In this document: piece by piece, positions 12,208 through 24,300 of the stretch
Numbering within the stretch: the stretch's first letter is position 1
Layout of the letters: the number at the start of each line of letters is the position of its first letter
Source: Vicugna vicugna
Lineage: Eukaryota
Reading direction: 5' to 3'
DNA length: 64,000 bases
NCBI GenBank assembly: GCA_013265495.1
Contig: MU060965.1
Location: 496,001 to 560,000, forward strand
Notes under the pieces: model-generated
What the model saw: the letters and a program-made list of their open reading frames with translations, nothing else
What the model was told of the DNA's origin: nothing
Database searches by the model: none
Program-made: the position numbers and the translations under genes

Positions 12208-14435
12208 CTGCAGTTAAAATTAAGGGGGAAAACGTTACACTATTTTGAAAAGTATCACTAAAGCGGTGGTGAGCACCACACCTCTACACGTAGTTCTACA
12301 AGCACGCTCAAATGCATCAGTCAAAGCAACTTTCTACGATACATGAAAGGGGCAGCAGCAAATACTGATTTATCCAGAAAATACTCTTATCTGAAAATCC
12401 AGCTTTCTGGGTTTAGGGGGAAAAAGTCACTGAAACTCCTTTGAAAGCTTCATCATTAGGAAAAAAATTTAATTTCCCTGAAGTAAAATGAAAAGTCACG
12501 TTTACAGAATTTTAGCAATTTAGGCAAACTACTACAAAACACACTGAGTTGGTGAAGTAGTTACAGTATGTTTTCATCACATCCTTGCCAAAGTAAAAGA
12601 AAGATCAATGCTTTTCTTTTAAAAGTGACTTCATTTGCTGGAGTTCTACTGCTATGCACAGCACATATTTTTCAGTCATTAAGCATCCACATTTAACAGC
12701 TTACAAATTCAGGCTCCCGCCTCCTTCCATTTCTACTTTAGAAATAAAATTAGGGAACTTAGCATTTCTCCATCAGAAAAATCAAACAGTGAAATCTCCA
12801 AGCCCTCACCCAAGCAGGTGGGGTGACCCGAGACCGCGCGTCTCCGGACTTGGCGTCACGACCCGCACGCTCACCTGCTGACTGGAAGGCGCCAACGGAA
12901 AACCTGGGCTCCTTTGCGCAAACGGATATTAAGTGCAGTAAACCCTCCTTCCATCACACAAAACTTAACATTTAAGTGCTAAATACCACGTTTTCACGTG
13001 TGTGTTGTTACCAGAGAAGAGCTGATGAGACCCTAATGAAGAAATCACAAAGGTCCTCCGTCTTTCCTCTCCCGGGCCAGGGAGGGAACCTGCCGCCCGG
13101 GCTCTCAGGACAGAGGCTTGGGGATGTGGTGACTCAGTGTCCTGCTCGGTCTGTGCTGCTGACGTGACAGACCTTGGGGACGGTGGAGAAACCGGTCCAC
13201 GCGGCCTCACCTCACAGCCGTCTTTTTAACGGTCACGTGTAACGGTCGTGACTGTGTCACGGTCACTGGGAAGCACTCGCTCATCTGCACGCATTGCTGG
13301 AGCAGCCGATGTGCCATCAGCAGCCGCTGAATCACACACTTATTGTGGGACCCAAAATGGCTGGACTGTGGACCTTAATAACCAGACCTACGCGAACACA
13401 GTTAAATGATGAAGGACGAAGCAGAAAGTAAAGAACGATTTTCATATAAAAATACTTTTCTGAAGAGGACTGAACATACTTGAATAACTTAAAAACCCCG
13501 CATAGCATATGACTGGAAAATTAGCTCAACAATTAACTTAGCCAAAAAAATTGAAAGCACACTGAAGCTTAATTGAAAACAATGTTCATTTTTTAAGAAC
13601 TACAAGTACAAATCTGTTTTTTTGACCACAGAACATGTTTTGGAACCAAGATTTTTTTTTTAAAGAATGGCAATTGTCAATCAATTTTTTGGATCTAAAC
13701 AGACAGATTAAAATACACATGGTTGTTTTCAAAAGTAAAAAGTGAAAATAATAAAAATTTAAAGCCAAGGGAACTTCAATTTCGGCTAATACTTGTTTAA
13801 ATGAGGGGTTTCGTTTCTGGTTTTCTATTTTTATGTTTTGGAAATACAAGATTAGCCTTAGAAACTGCTAGAAAGAAAAAATAAATCAACTCTGGAATTG
13901 CGGTGGCTCTCGCGGGACATCACAGCCCGGACACCTGAGGCAAGATTTTGCAGCCTGCTGAGCGCGCACTTCTCACGCAGATTTATTTCTGCAGCGAGAC
14001 TGCATCCCTACGGGAAAGGGTCATTTAAGTGCTGATTTTAATAAAAAGAACAACTGCCCCCAGCTCACAGCACGCGGCTCCCTGGCACGAGCTGTCCGGA
14101 CGCTGAGACAAGGGCAGCTGCTCCAGCAGCACCAGGCGCGCCAGGAGGAGGCTGGCTCTGCCCCTCGCACCGCAGCTACTCTTAGGGTTTGCTCCCGCTC
14201 TTGACCAGTCTCTTCCCAGCTCTCCCGGCCTCAGTGGAGCTGCTGGGAAGACACTGCACCTCCTGGCCTGGACCTAGTTGTGGGGCAAGGCCCACCGGCA
14301 GCAGACAGACAGTGGGCTCCGGGTTGTCTGGTCAGGGCAGGAGTCCCCCCCGGCCCGTCTACCGGACCCCAACCGGCTCTGCCTGAGCACCGAGTACCGC
14401 CAGGGAAGGAGGTGGGAGACGGACCCCGTTCTTAC

Positions 14436-14597
14436 CCCTGCACGCGGGGGACAGCTGCCCCGCCTGGGCTCCGGGTCAGGAGGAGCCGTCCTGGCCTCAG
14501 GCAGGTTCCACGCATTCCAGGCCGAGCAGCAGACGCGGTTCCCTGAGGAAACGTCACACGCCAACAGACCCACCGGCTGAGACAAGTCGAGCTTGTG
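14436..14597 (-). pseudogene. DCUN1D2: DCUN1D2 exon 2 remnant (UBA-like domain)
   Basis: HKLDLSQ..LLAC..CCSAWNAWNLPEA aligns with HKLKSSQ..FMAC..YCLTQNEWRLDEA. The acceptor reads CCGGG|CAC (no AG) and the donor is G|GTAAGA. Length is 162 nt versus about 217 expected. Confidence 0.8.
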
Positions 14598-15199
14598 CCC
14601 GGCGGGTGGAGAGGCAGGAAAGCCTGAGTCCGCGTCCGTCCCCGGCGCCCCTGCCGTGACTGACTGCTCTTAGTCTTTCTTTGCTGGGTGGTCCACTTCC
14701 CTTCAAATTTCAGGGTGACAAAGCCTTGTTCTTCATCAGTTAAGAGGGCTGCACCGTCTTCTGAAGTGGAAATGCGTGTCCACGTAGTAACCAGGATGCA
14801 AAGGCTGGCCTTCAGAAGAGTGTAAGAACCAACCTTTTATGCAAAACACGTTTTGATCTCTATCCAGCCGCTTCCCATGAAGAAGGGCAGTTTTTTTCCC
14901 AGGTCTCAGTGACATCCCTCTTTATAAAACACATGCACCCTCTGATGAGATGAGGCCTGACACCACCTCAGCTCATCTGCGGTTTCCCTTGGCTTCAATC
15001 AATGTCAGGCCCTAGAGAACAGGAGGAGGGCCTTGCAGTTTGGAGATATTTTTATTTTAAGTTTTCTCACTTTAAAATTAGCAGAACAACACTGATGAAA
15101 ACAAACACATGCCACAGGGTTAAAAATAATCGACAGAAGTTCCAAACGCAGGCTCAAAAAGCCTGTTATAACTCAATGAAGATGATACTAAAAACAAGG

Positions 15200-15530
15200 A
15201 TGCCTGTGCACATGACAGAACTAAAACGGTAAATACGAAACAGAAATGGACTCACAGACATAGAACACAGACTCATGGTTGGCAGGGGGTGGGAAGGGAC
15301 AGACTGGGATTTCAAAATTGTAGAACAGATAAACAAGATTATACTGTGTAGCACAGGGAAATATACACAAGATCTTGTGGTAGCTCACAGAAGAAAAAAT
15401 GTGACAATGAATATATGTATGTTCATGTATAACTGAAAAATTGTGCTCTACACTGGAATTGGACACAACATTGTAAAATGATTATAAATCAATAAAAAAG
15501 GTTAAAAAATAAAAAAATTAAAAAAGTTCC
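15200..15530 (+). mobile_element. Young L1 3' end with poly(A) tail, camelid-type
   Basis: cagaaatggactcacagacatagaac...tgtgctctacactggaattggacacaacattgtaaaatgattataaatcaataaaaaagg followed by an A-rich tail. Confidence 0.8.
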
Positions 15531-17029
15531 TGATATCTATATTTAAAAAGTAAAAACTAATAGGTGAAATTAATGTTTTATTGGATTTAACATCCCAAGT
15601 ATTGTCATTTCAACATCTAATAAACATAAAAATTATTGAGATATTTAAAAATAAAGAAAGAAAGAAAACAGAAAAGCAGGGCAGAGGAAAAGCAGGGCAG
15701 AGGCTGCGGATGGGTGGTAAATAACAAACTGCCAGGTAACTGCACTATATATAGTTTATAATGAAACAGAATACCATCTGAACGCTTCCAGACATTGATG
15801 GTTAAGGTTTTATTTATCCAGGGTAACCTGATGAGAAAGACACCAGAAATGAAAGTGATTCACTAATTTCTATAAGTCAAAACAGACTCTGTAATCTACG
15901 CGTCACACGGTCACGTGATCAAGGGACTTCTACTCAGTCTTGCTCAGAAGCAGATGAGGCAGCTTGCAGAGCACACAGGGTAAGCGGCAGCTTGCAGAAC
16001 TGCGTGCTGGAAAACGAGATGCAGGTGGAGGGATTGAGAGGCGGCACAAAGGGATAAGACACAGGCACGCGCACCATGCACAAGGGCTGGCGTGAGCTGA
16101 AAACCAGGCTCCCAGCTGCCATCGCAAAGAAAATACCATCAGTCAGGAAAACTCGTTTTCATAAGACTTAAAAACCCACCAGCAGCCAGAGTGGCCCAGC
16201 TCCTCCTGGCCCTGAAACCTGACGGAAGTGGCAACTTGAAATGTCCCCTCTGCACCAGACCAGCTTCTCCCCAGACGCCACCAACCAACAGCAGCGCAAA
16301 CTGCCAAAGCTTTCCCTGCAGCAACCCACGGTCCTGCTGCTGGGAAAGCGGCAGAGAGCAACGGAGCCGGGGGCATGGAGTCAGCCCTCGCGCTGCTGCC
16401 CAAGTGTGGTCTGGGGTCCCTGGGGTCCTGAGACCCTTCAGGGTTTCCCCCATCACAAAACTGTCCTCAAAATGACCAACCTGTGATCCACCTTCTCACC
16501 TTGGCTGGCGTATAGCAGAGGCTCCCAGAGGTTGCTCGACTGGTGGTGATATCACAACAGACTGAACGCAGAAGACCTGGGAACCTAACTTTTATTACGC
16601 CAGACATTAAAGATACTTGCAAAAGTGTTATGTAAATAAGCAACGGGTTTACTACTGTCATATTTAGATGTATAAATGTTTTTAAACTTCCCATTTTAAC
16701 ATCTGACCCAGTGAACACGACGGCCATGAGCTGCTTCTGCAACAACAGCTCCTTGGGATGCAGTCACTTTAAAGTACACAGGGGGCCTGAGACTTGGAGG
16801 TTTGAGAACCGCTGCCCTGGGGTGACGCAGGGAGCTAACATTTTGGCCACGCAGAACAATGACTGCCGATCATCTGGGGTCTTGCGTCCCTTTTGGAATC
16901 TGATGAAAGTCCCAGATCCTTCCTTCAGGAAATACACGTGGTCCACGCGTGAGTATGTGGTTTTGCCCATATTGGCTTCTCAGAGGCCGGGGAGGGTGGA
17001 GCTCGGGCTAGGAACCCAGGAGCTGGGTC

Positions 17030-17390
17030 AGGATGCACAAACAGCATTTGGTGTACACGTGGGATGAATTCAACCACGGAAAGGAAAGAAGCAGGGACGT
17101 ACTCCATGACGTGGGTGGACCTCAGAAACACGATGCTGAGCAGAAGTCGGACACAAAAAGCTCACACACCGTGAAGTGTCCAGGACAGGCAAATGCACAG
17201 GGACAGGGGCGGGGAGAGGCTGGGGGTGACAGTTTGGTCAGATCGGGTTTCCTCTGGGTGATGGGAGTGTTTTCAAACTCGACGGAGGTGGTGGCGGCAC
17301 AATGCTGTGAGCGTGCTAAACACACTGAACTGTCCACTCTGAAAGAGTGAACAACATGCTGTGTGGATTTCAGCTCAAGAAAAAGTCAAC
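17030..17390 (+). mobile_element. L1M 3' end
   Basis: gtggacctcagaaacacgatgctgagcagaagtcggacacaaaag...aaacacactgaactgtccactctgaaagagtgaac. Confidence 0.7.
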
Positions 17391-17889
17391 ACGGCAGCCT
17401 TAGAACCTCGGAGACTGGTCCACAGAGGACGGCCCCGTCAGGTAACCAACTCGTCCAACTGAGGATGGGCCCAGGGGACGCGGACAGGCACCTGGCAGGT
17501 GCAACGATGTCGACGATCTCTCGAGGCACTTCTGACAGAGTGGCCGCCTCTCCCGAATCGTGGCAAAGCAGCTGCAGGACAGTTCAGAGAGAACCCTCCC
17601 TCTGAGCGAGAGGGAACACAGGGCAGAGTGAGGTCCACTGCAGGGCCACACAGTGTCTCAAGGGTCACCACCACCTTGTTACAGGGGGCAGAAGGGCAGA
17701 CGGAGAACCAAACAGACCCTCCTCACGTTCTGCCAAGTGCCTGCCGGGTCCCAAGACCTCCCCACCTCAAACCTCAAAGTGGCATGAAGGTACTGGCTCT
17801 GAGAGGGACAGAGCCATGGGTCTGAGCTGGGCTCACAGCAGGCTCTGGGCAGAAGGAAAAGGAGGGCGCTGTCAGTGAAGTTTCAACAA

Positions 17890-18125
17890 TTTGGTGTCAC
17901 CCTTACTGGGATCGGACAGTCATCCGTAGCTAAGTCTAACCTCCCGACAGGTAAACAACAAGATCCTCCTGCAGAGCACAGGGAACCACAGTCAGTGTGG
18001 TGTGAGCACCCATAACAGAAAAGAATACGAGAACGTGTATCTGTGTGTAACCGATTCACTATGCCGTGCCCCAGAAACTAACACAACGCTGCAAGTCAAC
18101 TGTATTTCAGTAAAAAAGAAAGAAG
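17890..18125 (+). mobile_element. Laurasiatherian L1 3' end
   Basis: aacaagatcctcctgcagagcacagggaacc...gtaaccgattcactatgccgtgccccagaaactaacacaacgctgcaagtcaactgtatttcag followed by an A tail. Confidence 0.75.
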
Positions 18126-18829
18126 ACATGTGCTCCATGTCCAAAAGTGACAGAGAGACTCACGTTGCAACACGGAAAAAAGAGAACTGGCATAAAGCTT
18201 TCTAGGAAAAAAAAGCCTCATAAAACTAAAAAATCACAGGGGAAAAAAAGCTCGGGGTCCATTTAGACAAAACTAAATCCACGTAAACTAGTAGAAGTCC
18301 ACACTCGGCAGGACTGGGGCCCGCCCTTCCAGCTCTGCCTGGCTCCAGTAAGGCTTCCTGCCAAGGAAGCTAAATTATTGACGCAACTCTTACGGCAGGT
18401 GGAAGGGGGTTTTCTGCTTCACTGTCTTATCCTGTTGAAACGCACAAAATCCTTGAAGTAAAAATCTGGATAATCCAGGAGAAAAGTCAATTAAATTCTC
18501 GAGCCCAGGGAAAAAGCCTCAAACGTTTAACTGTGACCTTGTGAAAAATCACTTATATGACTGTGTATAAAAAAATAATCACTCTTAAAATGTCTTTCCA
18601 GAGACACCACACAACAAAATCTTCTCTTGGGGCAACTTGGAGGGGCTCCCGGGCATCCTCCTGGCCCCATGATGGCACTGACGGTCACCTCGGCTGTTTC
18701 GAGCAGAGCAGGTTGGGGCGCACGGGGTTGGACCTGAGAGTCCCCCCACTCTCTCGGCCCTCCAGCCTGCCCAGCCCCTCCCCTGGAGCTGGGGAGAGTG
18801 GTCTCCATGGGCAGAGGTGAGAGCATACC

Positions 18830-19870
18830 TGACATGCTCCCCCCCAACCCGGTTCCTCGGTTTCCGGGACCACACTCTCTGGTCCTCCCACTTTTCTGAC
18901 CAGCTCTTCTCCATCTCCCCCTCGGCTGCTTGCCCTACCCTGAAGTTCTGTTCTCCCGCCTCCACTCCTTCTCCTACAAGGCCTCCTGGACCATCTCTCT
19001 CCTGCCTGAACCCTCCCAGCAGCCTCCCTCCCTCTACCGTGAGAACAAAGACAGACGTCCCCTCCTGTGCCCCAGACCACCACACACCCGGGTCTGGGGC
19101 CCTCACCTGCCTCCTGCTGGGTCTCTGTTCCCTGGCTTTCTGGGCCCAGCCAGGGGGTCTTCCGATCTCCTGTCGTCCAGTCGCGTTTCCCACCCAGGGT
19201 CTGCACACGTCTGGCTGCCCCTCCTGCCCCCATCCACGAGAGCTCAGCTCACGCCGTGTTACTGTGGCTAAGCCTTCACTGCCTCCGCATGGGACCCCAC
19301 CGTGCAGGTTCCTGGGGCCTGGGCCTCTCCCTGGCGCTGCCCCATCTGTAATAAACCAGCTGTGTGTTCAGCACCTGCCTGTCCTGCTAGGACAGCAGCT
19401 CCATCAATACCAGATCCACGTTCGTCTTGCTCAGCAGCGAACCTCCAGCATCCTGCACTGCACCTCTCTTGCACACAGAAACTGCTGAAACCCATCGTCC
19501 ACCGTGCTTTCCACTACATTTCAAAATAACTGCACGTTTCCCAAATCTTCTCTCCTGAGCTCCAGACCTGCATCTCTCAGCAGCTACACGAGCCCTCTTT
19601 TCCCCTCGTTGGTGTGCTGTCCTCCTGCACAAGCCTCCTCTTCCCTCTACAGCCCCTGTCACGGTCAATACGACCACCACTGGACGTCCTAGCGAGGAAC
19701 TGCAGAGGCCCTTTCTCTCCCCTCCCCGCCATTTCTGAATAGTTCTGTAAGATTGCTCGCCCTCCCTCTCTCCCTTACTCCTACAGGCTCAGGTCCTCAC
19801 CCCTTCTTGCCTAGGCTCTTGTAACAGCTTCCCAGCTGGTCTCCAGTGCCCACCACCCTGACCTCCCTCC
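18830..19870 (+). mobile_element. Ancient L2 remnant
   Basis: C/T-rich L2 RT-like text (ggtttccgggaccacactctctggtcctcccacttttctgaccagctcttctcc). Confidence 0.5.
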
Positions 19871-20439
19871 CACCCAGTTCCCATTGTTTTGACAAAAGGC
19901 TTTTTGAAAACAAAGCTCAAAGGGGATCACTCCACACACAGCGCTCCTTCTTGCAGATCTTCCCGGGCTCCAGTGCTCTCCTGGAGAGACTACGCTCCTC
20001 AGCAAGGAACACAGGGCCTGATTCCGAGTCCTGCCGTTCCCGACCCTGAAGTCCAGGTTCCAGTCACCTGAGCCACTGCCAGTGCTCAAAGGCGCTGTCC
20101 CGTCCACTTCCTCTCTCACCAGACGCTCGCCCGCCCGAAACGTCCCTCCCTCCCCGTTCACCTGGCTGCTTGGGCTTCCAACGGAGCGCTGCTCCGAGTC
20201 CCCCGCCGCTCGGGGCCTGCATCTCGTCCACGATAACCTGCACCGGGGTCACTGGTCAGGCCCCCGCTGCGTGCCTCCTAGCCTCCGGCGGCGCCCTCCG
20301 CGCGCGAGCCGCCCCGGCCCGGCCCCAGCACCGGGCCCCCAGCCCAGGTCCTTCCCGGACTCCCTCTCCCGCCCCTCGGCGCTCCCCCAGCCCGGGCCCA
20401 GGAGGAGCCGAGCAGGAGGCGATGCCGCGGGCCACCTAC

Positions 20440-20442
20440 CAT
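20440..20442 (-). pseudogene. DCUN1D2: DCUN1D2 exon 1 coding part (ATG only) with donor
   Basis: Minus strand reads GGGGAGAATG|GTAGGT inside the CpG island. DCUN1D1/2 have an ATG-only first coding exon. Confidence 0.75.
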
Positions 20443-20573
20443 TCTCCCCGGCGCTCACCAGCTTCTCGCCGGCCCCGACCACCTCCCGCCCCGGCCCGGC
20501 AGCGCCGTCCGAGTCCTTGTCCTCAGCCCCCGGGACACCCGCGCGGTGAGGTGGCCGCAAGTCCGGGCCGCGA

Positions 20574-20660
20574 GACTCCAACTCCCGGCGTGCACTGCGC
20601 CGCCCGGCGGCCGACGGGATCCAGGCCGCAGGCCGCCTCTGACTCCCGACGTGCACTGCG
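20574..20660 (+). promoter_or_regulatory. Two ZNF143/Staf (SBS)-like sites within a 61-bp-period direct duplication
   Basis: GACTCCAACTCCCGGCGTGCACTGCG (20574-20599) and ACTCCCGACGTGCACTGCG (20642-20660) resemble ACTACAAnTCCCAGnATGCA(C/T)YGCG. Confidence 0.6.
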
Positions 20661-20899
20661 CCGCCTGGGGACCGACGGAACCCACGCCCCGCCTCCTTAA
20701 AGGGGCCGCGACGCTCTCCTGGCTGCGTCGGCGCAGACGGCGTTCTGAGAGGGCTGCGGGCGGCCAGGGGCCTCCCGGTGACTGACCGCGTCCCCATCCC
20801 CGTCCCCGCCCCTGGGGCGGCCCCGCCGCCGTCTGGGAAGGGATGTGGAGAAGCCGTGTCCGTGTCCTGCCCTCAGCCTCGGGCGCCGCAGAGCCGAGC

Positions 20900-21347
20900 C
20901 CTGGACGCGCCGCGGCCGGAACGTCCGGGTGAGCGCTGCGCGGCGTTCGGCGCTGGGCCTCGGGTGCGGCCTGAAGTGCGGCCCGCGGGGCTCCCTCCCG
21001 GGCTCCGCCCCGGGGTCTCTCCTCCCTGGGGCCTCTCCGCCCCGAGCCTGCCTCCGCCGGGGGTCTCCTCTCCCCTCCCCGGGGGTCTCCTCTCCCAGCC
21101 TGGCTCTTCGCTCAGCCCCGGCCCGCTCGCCCCCCTCCTCCTGGCGGTGCGCGGGGACGGTTTTGCACCTGCGGGCCCTTTTCCAGACCCGCGCACCTGG
21201 CGGTGGCCCCAGGATGGCGGTGGAGGTGCGGCCCCGGAGGGTGCGATGGGGGCGCCGGCGGGAGCTGCTCCGCCCGCCTTGAGTCGCTGGTGAGGCTGCG
21301 GACGCCGCCAGCCGCCGCCTGGACCAGTCGGCACCCTCCGGCGTCAG
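20900..21347 (+). other. TMCO3: Probable non-coding exon 1 of TMCO3 (5' end uncertain)
   Basis: Lies in the CpG island; candidate donor GGCGTCAG|GTGTGC at 21347/21348. Confidence 0.45.
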
Positions 21348-24300
21348 GTGTGCGGCGTGAGCGGGCCCCTCGCGGTCCCGGCTCCACACCTGCCCCCAGG
21401 CTCCTTTCGGGTGTCGCCGTCAGCGCCTGAGTGCAGGCCTGGGGCTCGAGCGTGCGCTTATCCAGGTACAAGGCGGCTTCGCCTGGTCCCCGGAAATGGG
21501 GACGCACGGTGAGCGCCGCGAGTGCGTCTCCTGCGGGGTCCAGCTGCTCCGGGCGGGCGCTCCGAGGACGGCTCCGGCGGTGGGGAGCTGCGCTGGCGTG
21601 ACTGCGGAGAGGGGGCTTGCAGACCGGCGCGCGTCTCCGTGGCAGGTTGCTGCTGGTCCCGAGGAACGGTGTCAGCTTATGATTTTAGTGCTTTCCTAAG
21701 TGTAGAAGAGGCAGGAATCCGGGTTCCTAAACGTTTTCCCTGAAGTGTAACTCGGTTTTGCCTGCTTTTCCCCCAGCACAGGATGCCTGGTCCCGTATTC
21801 CTTGTGGGCTGCGCTGTGGGTCAGCGACTCCAGCGCCTGACGACGTGACATCGTAGAACCTGGTGGGAGGGACGTTTTTAGTTGACAGCCTTCTCACATT
21901 TATACGTTTTTCTGATCATTTTTTGGATCAGAGTGTCCGAATTTCTTTTATTAGTGTCTCAGTGATTAGGTTACTTAATGAAATAATTGTATTTTGTAGG
22001 GTTTGGTTAACATGAAATACTTTTTTCTTGTTTGTATTTTTTCCTTCCTCTCCCCCTTTCTTACCTCATCTCCAGTTCCTTTACTAACACGAATCAACCA
22101 TAAGTTGTATTTACAGGGTTGTAAGTGCTTTATTTTAAGAAGTACACTGTACTTCATTCAGTTTGTTAAAGGGTGAAGTATGCTCTTCAAGGAAGATCCT
22201 CCGCAAGTTACACTGAGGTGGGCTCCTTCCACTGGGGGGTCTCTTCTCTCCCTTAGGCCTTTCCACAAGCTCCTCCTTCGTTACCTGTTTCCTGCCCGAC
22301 CTGGAGGTATTGGAGGTGTCAGGAAGGAATTCTCATTTTAAACCGTCTGCTACAAACACTCCTCAGTTTCGTTTTTTTAGAGGTGTAACTAGTGCTATAC
22401 CCGTTGACCTGTTCCAGCCACATCCATACTGCTTGTTCCAGAATTTCCTGCCCAGAGCCCGGGGTGGGCACATTCGGGACCAGGTCAGTGCCCCCACACT
22501 TAGGGCCCGGGTTCAGCTGGGTGGACAGGGCACCTGGGGCAGGCTGTCCCAAGAGCCTGGCCAGTCAGCCTCTGCCCAGCAGACAGTGGCTGCTATGCTA
22601 GTGAGTTGAATAAACTAGATTCTTTTGCAGCAGTTTGACCCTCCTCAGGGTCCCTCCTGCTGCCTTGTTACAGCCACTGCCTCTGCTTCCCAGACCCCAG
22701 ACAAACACAGAAAGTATTTGTTTTGAAAAATGTTTAAAGTGACCGTCCTGAAGACAGGCTCTAATTCTTTCTTTTGAAACAGTAGAAGCTTAGCAATTAA
22801 ATGAGTCATTAAAATAACAAGTCAACCATATTGCCAGGCTGTGATAGGTCAATTATTTATTTTTAAGGTGGTAACATTTACTTTAAGTTGTGTTAAAAGC
22901 AAACTCGAGTAATTCCAACAGCCCCTTCTCATTCACCTGCCTCAGCGGGGAGGCAGGGAGTTCAGAGTCCTGGATGTGTTAGGTCTGTGTAACGTTAGGA
23001 GCCAGCGTATCTAAACCTGAATTGCAGTGGAAGTCTCCTGACTTTTTAAGCAGAATGCTGAGCCAGAACAGTCCTTAGTGGGTGACTTTTGATTGCCATT
23101 CTGAACATTGGCCGCTCTCCCGTCCTCCCGTGGTGATCTTTCCAGGGTCCGTTGAGGTGTGTAGAGCAGTCAGCGCTCCCCAGACCCCGGGGCTGCTACT
23201 GTTGGCTGAGTTCTTTTGTGTTCTCATAAGCTCTGTTTGGTCTGCACTTTCTACTGGCGTCACTTCTCGGTTTGATCAGAATTTTCTCTCTAGAAACACA
23301 CTCTCACTTTTGCTGCATCTAATCTTCTTTGCCTGGGAAACCAGATTAAACTCATTAGACTTTGGGTTTACAGGTGAAATTAAAATAATAGATATGTTGT
23401 GAAATAAACAAGTCCTGTGGAAACAGCAAGTTTTGTTTTATTTTTGGAGTAAGGACTCGGGCCTAGTGGCTGGGTTTAGGGATGTGTTTTAGAGCGTGTC
23501 TTCCCAAGGTCTCCTGTGGTGGTCACTCCTCCCTTATGCCTGCCCCCCATCCCCACCCCGCTCTCCTGCCTGTGAGGCAGTCCTGTCTCAGTGGCCTTGC
23601 TGATGCAGCTTCCACCTGCCCCTTGATCGCCCTCCTCTGGGCGCTGCCCACCCGAGGGCCTGGGGCTCGCGCCCAGGGGGCCTGTCTGTGCCCTGCAGAC
23701 CTGGATAGATTTGTATGTACTTCTCAGGGAGAGGACCAGGAGTCGGGAATCGGACACAGAATGTGCTCTTGGTCATTGTATTTTGTGGGGTTTTTTCTTT
23801 TTTCTGTCCTTGACATCTTGCTAGCATCTGACTGTGATTGATGGCGATTTGGACAGAATTCTGGATGACTCTGGGAAGCCAGCAGCACAGCAGAGCCGGT
23901 CGGAGTAGCTCAGTTTCCCCTGCGCACCCACAGCGCTGGCTCCCGGAGCCGCTTGCCTGGGTGGGGAGCAGGTGGTGTTTTCTGGCCTCTGATACACAGA
24001 CGCTCTTAGATAGAGTTGGTTTTTGTCTTTTGCACAGGGTAGATTTAGGAGATACATGAGGCTGAGTTTTCCTTAAAAGAATTGCCTTTCAATTTGGATG
24101 TAACCTTTCATCTCCACTGTCCACCAGGTATCACACCCTGTGACGCAGTATTTGACTACAGTCCAGCTGTAATAAATTGTTCAAATGTGAATGTTAACTT
24201 AGGAAAAATGACGTTTTCCTCAGAAAAGTGATCGTTTTTAGTAATTACTTAAAAATTAATCTCAGTAATGAGTTGTTCAACTATATGTGACCATAAATCT

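Larger units (their letters stand above)
4470..20442 (-). pseudogene. DCUN1D2: DCUN1D2 (DCN1-like protein 2) locus, apparently a unitary pseudogene
   Basis: Syntenic position between ADPRHL1 and TMCO3, head-to-head with TMCO3. It has an ATG-only exon 1 and recognisable but disrupted exons 2 and 3. Downstream exons are absent or barely detectable, so the left boundary is uncertain. Confidence 0.85.
20150..21700. promoter_or_regulatory. CpG island and bidirectional promoter for DCUN1D2 (-) and TMCO3 (+)
   Basis: Very high GC and CpG density, GC boxes (e.g. GCCCCGCCTCC at about 20686), and divergent first exons. Confidence 0.9.

Noticed and set aside
12041-14597. DCUN1D2 lesions as sequencing or assembly errors
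   Set aside because: The lesions come with dozens of non-synonymous changes and a large deletion across two exons, while all 12 TMCO3 coding exons are error-free. A raw-read check is still advised.
20778-21507. Multiple 130-230 aa ORFs across the CpG island
   Set aside because: Pro/Arg/Gly/Ala-rich ORFs in all frames are typical of CpG islands. Only the short ATG-initiated uORFs were kept as findings.
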